Source of the DNA: an uncultured bacterium
GTDB lineage: Bacteria > Bacillota_I > Bacilli_A > RFN20 > CAG-826
Length of the DNA stretch: 64,000 nt
Direction of reading: 5' to 3'
Assembly (NCBI GenBank): GCA_949300345.1
Contig: CASGDR010000001.1
Span: 328,695 to 392,694, forward strand
Made by a program: the position numbers and the translations under genes. A model generated the notes under the pieces. It saw nothing but the letters and a program-made list of their open reading frames with translations, was not told the origin of the DNA and ran no database searches. Every line of letters begins with the position of its first letter. Positions within the stretch are counted from its first letter, which is position 1. This document shows positions 57,597-64,000 of the stretch, piece by piece.

Positions 57597-58063
57597 TCAT
57601 TCGGTTTTTCTTCTTTGTTGATTTTGATTTTTCCTTCCTGGTCGAGGCTTTTCAGGCATCTTCCATAGGAGGGGCAGTTTTCCGGCGAGCACACCGACTC
57701 GGCCAATAAACGGGCCCGGGGAATGAAGGTTGATATCTCTTCTTCGTTGTACCCCGTCTGGATGCGGTGGTCATCCATGATGATGGGGCGCTTTAGCACC
57801 GAGGGATTGGCCTTGATGAAGCCGATCAGTTCGGAAATGGTCATCGAATCGAAATCGATGTCATTGTCGAGGACGATCTTGCTGCGGTTGGAGATGATGT
57901 CGTCGGTCCCGTTTTCGCTTTTGGCGATGATTTCGAGGATGTCCTTCTCGGAAAGCTTTTTGGAAAAGATGTCCTTGGATTCATAAGGAATATTCTGGTC
58001 ATCGAACCACTTTTTGACCTTCCGGCAGGAAGCACACGAATTGGAGACGTAGATTTTGATCAT
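57593..58063 (-). CDS. spx: Spx/ArsC-family global redox regulator with a Cys-rich C-terminal extension
   Basis: YVSNSCASCRKVKKW (CxxC), GTDDIISNRSK, LKRPIIMDDHRIQTGYNEEEISTFIPR: close to Bacillus Spx. An extra roughly 25-aa tail contains CSPENCPSYGRC. Confidence 0.75.
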   Translation of the reverse strand: MIKIYVSNSCASCRKVKKWFDDQNIPYESKDIFSKKLSEKDILEIIAKSENGTDDIISNRSKIVLDNDIDFDSMTISELIGFIKANPSVLKRPIIMDDHRIQTGYNEEEISTFIPRARLLAESVCSPENCPSYGRCLKSLDQEGKIKINKEEKPND

Positions 58064-58296
58064 GGTTTGCTTGGGGCTTTATCTTCTTCCATCGAAAGGG
58101 ATATTTCAACAAAGTCCAAAGGCTTTTAAAGCGGCGGATTCTCGTTTTCGGCATAGTCATCCCTTTTTTGCGGGGATATCGCAAAATAGGCTTGTTTATG
58201 AAGCTTCCCCTTTAGGGAAATACTTATCCAACGTTTTACAATAGACACACCAATTCGAATCGTCTATTTGGCAAATCCGTGGTTTACTTAGGGGCT

Positions 58297-60444
58297 ATGA
58301 GAAAAAACGCAATCGTTCTCGGCGCCCTGATCGCCGTCCCCACCCTAGTACTGGGTTCCATCTTGCTTGGGAACTTTTTACCGACAATAGGTCTGACCGC
58401 ACCGACCAAGAGCTGCGCCGGTATCGTGTTTGGCACGGAAGCCTCCGGCAGCCTCTCTGAAACTAATTTCTCAACCGATACCTTTGATGGAGTAAACAGC
58501 TATTGCACATCCGTATCGGTAGCAAACCTTGAAGGTGAGAGTGCATATTGGAATACCGGATATGCAATGAGGCTAGGTTCATCTAAGAAAACCGGTTCGA
58601 TTACCATTACTTTTTCCCAGAACTACTTAATCAAGGAAGTCAGGGTCTTAGCCTCTCTTTATGGTTCTGATACCGGCAGCAAAATCAAGGTTACCAGCAG
58701 CGCCAATACGACCGGGTCCTCCCAAACCATTACCAATTCGGAAACGCCGAACTACAACTACAATCCCAGCGAACCAAACGGGCAATCCTCAACCGGAAAT
58801 TACCTCTATGAGGACATGGATAACGGAAGCGGCACTTATTCCAATTGGCTCAAACTGGAAACAACCGGAAAAAGCAAGAAAAGGGTCTATATCTATAAAT
58901 TGGTTATAACCCTTAACGCTTCTGACTCCTCCACTTCTTCCAGCTGGTCGTCCCAGTCTTCAAGTTCGTCCAGTTCATCCAGTTCCTCATCCACTACCCC
59001 AAGCGGAACCGGATATTCGAAACAGGAAATCAAATATAGCCTCTCTACCAATCCCGAATGGGGAATATTCGGCTCCTCCGGAATGTCATTCGCCCCGGTC
59101 AATAACCCCGATATGCTAGTCCTTCCGGTCATTTTCTCCAGTACCGGCAAGTCTTACAGCGAGGCTGGCCTGCAAATGATAGAAGATGCCTATACGTCTG
59201 CCACATTGCAGGAGGATGCGTTCTATTCGGTCAAGGAATTTTATCGGACTTCCAGCTATGGGGCTTTGGACATCGATGTCCACATTGCCGAACCGTTTAC
59301 CACTAACTATACCCCTTCGACCTTTGAATCCCAGTGGAAATCTTCTCCGCTAAATGAATCAACATCCGAAGATGACCCGATCATCAACATCATCGATGAA
59401 TATCTGGACACCATAGATACAAACACTTTGGAATCCTACGACTCTAACAATGACGGTTATATCGACTCGGTCCACGTCATTTATCTGACAAAGGACAATC
59501 CTGACACCGACATCTGGTGGCACTACACCTATGCCGATTACTATGGCGCCGCTAAATATAGAAGCGTCAAACCCGGTCTATATTTCTTCTCGAACTTTGA
59601 GTCGGGGATGAACAATGGTATCTATGGTACTTACCCTGACACCCATACCGTAATCCATGAAACCGGCCACATCCTCGGATTGGATGATTACTATAGCTAC
59701 GATAGCGGCGACAGTGCTTGCCCGGCCGGATGCGTCGACATGATGGATTTCAACATCGGTGACCACGGAGCCTATTCCAAAATGTTATTGGGTTGGACCG
59801 ATCCCTATGTCGTCGATGGCACGAGCAACAGCTTCGAAATTACCCTAAAGCCTTTCGAATCTTCCGGCGATTGCATCGTAATTGCCAATCCCACCGAAGA
59901 CCCCTTCAACTCTACCGCTTGGGACGAATATATCGTTCTTAGCTACTACACCCCGACCGGAATCAACTCCATCGACGCGGATGGATATGCCGAATGGGGA
60001 AATGCCGGTTATGGCTACAACAAAGGAGGCACCTATGCTACCTCCGGGCTACAAGCCTTCCATGTAGACTCAAGGGCGGCCTATTACCAGAACAATAGAT
60101 ACTACTATTACGAAACGGAGAGCGATTTTGCCAACTACGGCTCATCATTTGAAATGATCTTTGCCTCAAACACTCCTTCGTATAGCTATGAAATAACATC
60201 TACTGGCGATTATAAGAGCAGCAACAACCGCCTCCTGAAGGCCATCAATGCCGATGGAGTCTCGCGCTTCGACAATGGCGGCACCAGAACCTTCGGCAAT
60301 CCCAACGTCCTATTCGGAATAGGCGATTCCTATTCTTCTTCCGACGGACCCACCAAGTTCAATGACGGCACCAAGATCAACTACGACTTCACCGTCACCG
60401 CCATGGACGCTAACGGAATCACCATTCGGTTCACTGCCAATTAA
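58297..60444 (+). CDS. secreted M6-like (immune-inhibitor-A-type) zinc metallopeptidase, paralogue 1, with an N-terminal accessory domain
   Basis: Signal peptide, a roughly 200-aa N-terminal domain, the Ser-rich linker SSTSSSWSSQSSSSSSSSSSSS, then a protease domain with VIHETGHILGLDDYYSYD (HExxHxxGxxD) and CPAGC. The track start at 58279 is GTG; the ATG is 58297. Confidence 0.6.
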   Translation: MRKNAIVLGALIAVPTLVLGSILLGNFLPTIGLTAPTKSCAGIVFGTEASGSLSETNFSTDTFDGVNSYCTSVSVANLEGESAYWNTGYAMRLGSSKKTGSITITFSQNYLIKEVRVLASLYGSDTGSKIKVTSSANTTGSSQTITNSETPNYNYNPSEPNGQSSTGNYLYEDMDNGSGTYSNWLKLETTGKSKKRVYIYKLVITLNASDSSTSSSWSSQSSSSSSSSSSSSTTPSGTGYSKQEIKYSLSTNPEWGIFGSSGMSFAPVNNPDMLVLPVIFSSTGKSYSEAGLQMIEDAYTSATLQEDAFYSVKEFYRTSSYGALDIDVHIAEPFTTNYTPSTFESQWKSSPLNESTSEDDPIINIIDEYLDTIDTNTLESYDSNNDGYIDSVHVIYLTKDNPDTDIWWHYTYADYYGAAKYRSVKPGLYFFSNFESGMNNGIYGTYPDTHTVIHETGHILGLDDYYSYDSGDSACPAGCVDMMDFNIGDHGAYSKMLLGWTDPYVVDGTSNSFEITLKPFESSGDCIVIANPTEDPFNSTAWDEYIVLSYYTPTGINSIDADGYAEWGNAGYGYNKGGTYATSGLQAFHVDSRAAYYQNNRYYYYETESDFANYGSSFEMIFASNTPSYSYEITSTGDYKSSNNRLLKAINADGVSRFDNGGTRTFGNPNVLFGIGDSYSSSDGPTKFNDGTKINYDFTVTAMDANGITIRFTAN
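58921..58996 (+). repeat. Ser-codon (TCN/AGY) microsatellite-like tract encoding the linker of paralogue 1
   Basis: tcctccacttcttccagctggtcgtcccagtcttcaagttcgtccagttcatccagttcctcatcc. Confidence 0.6.
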
Positions 60445-60512
60445 ACCGAAATTTTACCTTCGGACAACAATCTTTGCTAGCAATCTTTTCCCTTTTGGAT
60501 AAACTATGGCGC

Positions 60513-62129
60513 ATGAAAAAATCAGTTTTGTTTGTCTTAGGGGGCATCGGGCTGGTTGCTCTAACCTCCTGCACTATCTTCGCTTTCCCCGGTTCTTCTA
60601 CCGGTGAATCGACCATTTCCTCAGACTCCTCGAGCCATGGCTCAGACAGCTCGTCCGATTCTTCATCTAGCTCCTCGTCTTCCAGTTCTTCATCTAGTTC
60701 TTCGTCTAGCTCATCATCTACTTCTTCTTCGAGTACCACTCCGAGTGAAAAGGGTTACTACAAGGCGGAAGGTACCGACTTCACCCTGGCGACCCATCGT
60801 GAAATGGGGGTCTTCGGTTCGGGTTCGACCTGCCCTTCGGTGGGCTCTCCGGCCGTCATGGTCATTCCCCTATACTTCACCAACACGGGGGATTTCTCAG
60901 AGGAAGAGCTCGCCAACATCGAACTGGCCTATAAGGGCGAAAACCTCGAAGACAATGCCTTCTATTCCTTGGAAAAGTACTATCGCCTCTCCTCCGGCGG
61001 GGCTTTGGACATGAACTGCCAGATCCTAGATCCGGTCCGCATCAATATGACCGATTCTGCCTGGGCCCGCCAAAGCTCGCCCATCGACGACCTGATACAG
61101 GACTGCATCTCCAATCTTGATAACCCCGAGGACTTTGACTATGACGGGGACAAGAGAATCGATGCCATCCACATCATCTACAAGACCACCCAAACCCTGG
61201 ATTGGGGAGGCTTCTGGTGGCATTACACGACCTACACCAACGTCAGGGGTAGCAACGGCTACCAAGGCGGTACCTACTTCTTCTCCAACTACGAAGACGG
61301 GATGATGAACCGAGCCTATGGGAACTACCCCGATAGCCACACCATCATCCATGAAACCGGTCATGCCCTAGGCCTAAATGACTACTACTCCTATGACAAC
61401 AATGACAATGATTGCCCGGCCGGATGCGTCGACATGATGGATTATAACTATGGCGACCACTGTGCCTATTCCAAGATGCTCCTAGGCTGGAACACCACGC
61501 CCTATGTCATCGATGGCACCAGCGACGATTTCCAGATTACCCTCAAGCCTTACTCCACCTCCGGCGAGTTCATCTTGTTAAAAGGCGAGGGTGATGACTG
61601 GAATGGTACCCCGTGGGACGAATACATCACCCTTAGCTACTACACCGTCGAAGGCGGGGTCAATGACCGTGATGCCGAGGGCTATTCCCAACGTGGGCAC
61701 GCCTATCGGGTCGACGGCCTTCAGGCTTTCCACGTAGACTCAAGGGTCTACAGCGTATATTCGGTCACTTCTAGCTATTTGGTATCCACCGGTAGCTATG
61801 CCACCGAGATCGAAGAATCCATGATGGGCTATTACTGGGGCACCGCCGCCAGCAACACCCCCTCCCAATCCATCGAATTCGAATCCCAGACCGAAGTCTC
61901 GGATGCCAGCTACTATTCCGACAACCGCCTCTTGAGTGCCATCTCCGCTGACGGAAGGACCAACTTCGCCTATAACCCCGGGCGCGACTCCATCCTCTTC
62001 GGAATCGGCGATACATATTCTTCCTCTACCGGCCCTTCTAGTTTCAACGAAGGATATGACCTCGGCTATGACTTCGAGGTCACTTCCATGAACGAAGAGG
62101 GCATCACCATCCATTTCACGGCGATTTGA
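60513..62129 (+). CDS. M6-like zinc metallopeptidase lipoprotein, paralogue 2
   Basis: Lipoprotein signal MKKSVLFVLGGIGLVALTSC, a 45-residue poly-Ser linker, IIHETGHALGLNDYYSYD, CPAGC. The track start at 60474 is TTG. Confidence 0.65.
   Translation: MKKSVLFVLGGIGLVALTSCTIFAFPGSSTGESTISSDSSSHGSDSSSDSSSSSSSSSSSSSSSSSSSSTSSSSTTPSEKGYYKAEGTDFTLATHREMGVFGSGSTCPSVGSPAVMVIPLYFTNTGDFSEEELANIELAYKGENLEDNAFYSLEKYYRLSSGGALDMNCQILDPVRINMTDSAWARQSSPIDDLIQDCISNLDNPEDFDYDGDKRIDAIHIIYKTTQTLDWGGFWWHYTTYTNVRGSNGYQGGTYFFSNYEDGMMNRAYGNYPDSHTIIHETGHALGLNDYYSYDNNDNDCPAGCVDMMDYNYGDHCAYSKMLLGWNTTPYVIDGTSDDFQITLKPYSTSGEFILLKGEGDDWNGTPWDEYITLSYYTVEGGVNDRDAEGYSQRGHAYRVDGLQAFHVDSRVYSVYSVTSSYLVSTGSYATEIEESMMGYYWGTAASNTPSQSIEFESQTEVSDASYYSDNRLLSAISADGRTNFAYNPGRDSILFGIGDTYSSSTGPSSFNEGYDLGYDFEVTSMNEEGITIHFTAI
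60620..60745 (+). repeat. long Ser-codon repeat tract (poly-Ser linker of paralogue 2)
   Basis: About 125 nt of tcn/agc repeats (tcttcatctagctcctcgtcttccagttcttcatctagttcttcgtctagctcatcatct ...). Confidence 0.6.
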
Positions 62130-62185
62130 TGGGGAAATTACCCATGGGACTAGCCAATTTACCTTGATAAAGGTAAGTTATCGCT

Positions 62186-63733
62186 ATGTTCAAACACCGT
62201 TTCTTATTCCTCCTAGGCCTGGTCATGGTATCGGGCCCTTCTTCATGCGGGAATCTATATTCATCCTCTAGCTCAGCCTCATCCAGGGGACCGACCCCGG
62301 GATATTACAAGGAAGAACTCAAATACTCCTTGGCCGATAACCCCAAATGGGGCATCTTCGGGGCCATCAACGACATGGGACATGTGCCGGTGGGTACTCC
62401 CGACGTGCTCATCCTTCCGGTGGTCTTTAGTGACATCGACAAGGAATTCGACCAAACCAAGATGGATTCCATCCATGAGGCCTATACCGGCGAAAAACTC
62501 GAAGACAATGCCTTCTATTCGCTCAAGGAATTCTATTCGGTTTCCAGCTATGGCAAGCTCGACATCGACGTCCACTTCGCCGATCCTTTCCGCACCAGCA
62601 TGACCACCTCGGAATTCGAGACCCTGTTCAAGCTCTCCCCGCCGGCGGGAGTGACCCTGGAAACTGATCCCATCATCACCATCATCGACGAATACCTCGA
62701 CACCATAAGCGAGGCCGAGCTTGCCGAACTCGACAATGACAATAACGGCTACATCGATTCGGTCCACCTCATCTATCTGACCAAGGACAATGCCGACACC
62801 AACATCTGGTGGCACTTCACCTACGGGGACTTCTATAAGGCAAGCAAACAAAGAAGCAAAAGGCCCGGCATCTATTTCTTTTCCAACTACGAAACCGGGA
62901 TGCATAACGGACGCTATGAGGGCTATCCCGATTCCCATACCATCATCCATGAATACGGACATACCCTAGGCCTAGCCGACTACTATTCCTATGACGACAC
63001 CATGGCCATGTATGCCGGAGCGGTCGACATGATGGACCTCAACATCGGCGACCACACTGCCTATTCGAAGATGATGGGCTGGATCGATCCCTATGTAGTC
63101 GACGGCACCAAGGAAAACTTTGAGATCACCATCAAGCCCTTCGAGGAATCTGGGGACTGCATCGTGATGGGAAATCCAAGCAAAGACCCCTTCAACGACA
63201 CGGTTTTCGACGAATACATAATCCTCAGCTACTATACTCCGACCGGCATCAACGGAAGGGATGCGGGCGGCTATGCCGAATGGACGGGACACGGCTTCAA
63301 CAAGCTCGGCGGTACCTATCAGAATAGCGGCCTGCAGGCCTTCCACGTCGATTCGAGGACCGTCTATTACAATTTCACTGGCTACGAATTCTTCGAAACC
63401 TACCAGGACATCCTCGACCACGGCGACTACTATGCGGGGATGGCCGCTTCCAATACCCCTTCAAGGAGCTTCAGGCTCGAAGACGGGCAACCCGTCATCG
63501 GGGAAGGCGAATTGCTCTACACCGCCATCTGCGCGGATGGGGTGCAGCGTTTTGGACCCGGCATGGGCTCCGTCGACAAATTCAACGATCCCGACATCCT
63601 CTTCGAAGTGGGCGACAAATATTCGGAATCTACCGGACCCAAGAACCTCAATGACGGCAACCCCGTGTCCTATGATTTCGAGGTCGTTTCCATGGATGAG
63701 GAGGGAATCACCCTCTCCTTCAGTGCCGTCTAA
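62186..63733 (+). CDS. M6-like zinc metallopeptidase lipoprotein, paralogue 3 (Cys pair lost)
   Basis: MFKHRFLFLLGLVMVSGPSSC signal, a short Ser linker, IIHEYGHTLGLADYYSYD. The CPAGC of paralogues 1 and 2 is replaced by AMYAG. Confidence 0.6.
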   Translation: MFKHRFLFLLGLVMVSGPSSCGNLYSSSSSASSRGPTPGYYKEELKYSLADNPKWGIFGAINDMGHVPVGTPDVLILPVVFSDIDKEFDQTKMDSIHEAYTGEKLEDNAFYSLKEFYSVSSYGKLDIDVHFADPFRTSMTTSEFETLFKLSPPAGVTLETDPIITIIDEYLDTISEAELAELDNDNNGYIDSVHLIYLTKDNADTNIWWHFTYGDFYKASKQRSKRPGIYFFSNYETGMHNGRYEGYPDSHTIIHEYGHTLGLADYYSYDDTMAMYAGAVDMMDLNIGDHTAYSKMMGWIDPYVVDGTKENFEITIKPFEESGDCIVMGNPSKDPFNDTVFDEYIILSYYTPTGINGRDAGGYAEWTGHGFNKLGGTYQNSGLQAFHVDSRTVYYNFTGYEFFETYQDILDHGDYYAGMAASNTPSRSFRLEDGQPVIGEGELLYTAICADGVQRFGPGMGSVDKFNDPDILFEVGDKYSESTGPKNLNDGNPVSYDFEVVSMDEEGITLSFSAV

Positions 63734-63751
63734 GAGAAATATTGCTGGAAT

Positions 63752-63767
63752 ATGGTCTATATAGACC
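63752..63767. promoter_or_regulatory. perfect 16-bp palindrome TGGTCTATATAGACCA 16 nt upstream of paralogue 4; candidate operator
   Basis: Exact inverted repeat centred on TATATA, between the paralogue 3 stop and the paralogue 4 start. Confidence 0.3.
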
Positions 63768-63782
63768 ATTATCATAATCACC

Positions 63783-64000
63783 ATGAAGAAGAAATTTCTT
63801 TTGCCTACGATACTGCTATCGACTCTCGTACTAACCTCCTGCGCCGGCTATCCCTCCGATAGTTCCGCCACGGAATCTTCTTCCTCCTCTTCCTCCTCAT
63901 CCTCATCCTCAAACGAAGAGAAGACCGGTTATAGGAAGCTCGAACTCACCGATACCCTAGCCGATAATACGGAATACGGGGTATTCGAGAAATCTAGCCA
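63783..64000 (+). CDS. M6-like lipoprotein, paralogue 4 (N-terminal part; continues beyond the window)
   Basis: MKKKFLLPTILLSTLVLTSC lipoprotein signal, SSSSSSSSSSSSSNEE linker, then GYRKLELTDTLADNTEYGVFEKS. This parallels the GYYKEELKYSLADNPKWGIFG block that opens the other paralogues. Confidence 0.5.
   Translation, partial: MKKKFLLPTILLSTLVLTSCAGYPSDSSATESSSSSSSSSSSSNEEKTGYRKLELTDTLADNTEYGVFEKSS
63876..63912 (+). repeat. Ser-codon repeat (linker of paralogue 4)
   Basis: tcttcttcctcctcttcctcctcatcctcatcctca. Confidence 0.55.

Noticed and set aside
60431-60739. Highly acidic (DEELDEELEDEELDEE) minus-strand ORF
   Set aside because: Reverse complement of the Ser-codon repeat tract of M6-like paralogue 2. 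Not a gene.
1-64000. CRISPR arrays, IS elements, transposases, integrases, prophage genes
   Set aside because: No direct-repeat/spacer periodicity and no transposase or integrase-like ORFs detected anywhere in the window.

Overview
This looks like a chromosomal segment from a roughly 50% GC, anaerobic, lipoprotein-rich bacterium of the Firmicutes lineage; an Erysipelotrichia- or Mollicutes-like organism is a low-confidence guess. I found about 60 protein genes, 5 tRNAs, several rho-independent terminators, no CRISPR and no recognisable IS or transposase. Self-derived coordinates such as tRNAs, hairpins and revised starts are good to about 1-2 nt, because the printed line offsets and the ORF track occasionally disagree by 1. 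Several ORF-track entries begin on TTG or GTG, so I moved those starts to the first plausible ATG.

The most interesting structure is a tightly packed minus-strand operon from 49234 to 41388. Its predicted products are the redox repressor Rex, bifunctional alcohol/aldehyde dehydrogenase AdhE, a thioredoxin-like [2Fe-2S] ferredoxin, a PAS-domain HydS-type sensory [FeFe]-hydrogenase, a PP2C/SpoIIE phosphatase carrying an unassigned C-terminal domain, and a second [FeFe]-hydrogenase-like protein with no PAS domain. This resembles the known hfs sensory-hydrogenase clusters, but here it appears physically fused to rex and adhE.

Four further points stand out.
- The right end of the window, 58.3-64 kb, holds a tandem array of at least four paralogous secreted or lipoprotein metallopeptidases that appear M6/InhA-like (HExxHxxGxxD). 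Each has a Ser-rich microsatellite-encoded linker and its own upstream palindrome.
- A low-GC islet at 16.2-18.4 kb carries an AAA+ ATPase (DUF4143-like) and a GNAT acetyltransferase.
- A degenerate direct repeat of the tRNA-Glu 3' end plus its terminator brackets about 1.7 kb of hairpin-rich DNA (18.6-20.4 kb) with no long ORF (only <=110-aa ORFs, probably spurious). I read this as an old tRNA-targeted integration scar.
- Smaller items include an orphan Vsr nickase, a Lys/Glu-rich protein with a possible RelE/ParE-like N-terminus and a C-terminal zinc ribbon, Spx with a Cys-rich tail, and a PTS-EIIB-like domain that lacks the catalytic cysteine.

The rest of the window is ordinary transport and housekeeping. 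It includes three ABC exporters (one a MacB-like ATPase/permease fusion), a two-component system, pbuG-like permease, xth, gltX next to tRNA-Glu, rdgB, coaD, rsmD, def, RNase J, maf, a CYTH protein and a PAP2/acyltransferase/acyl-CoA-ligase membrane-lipid cluster.
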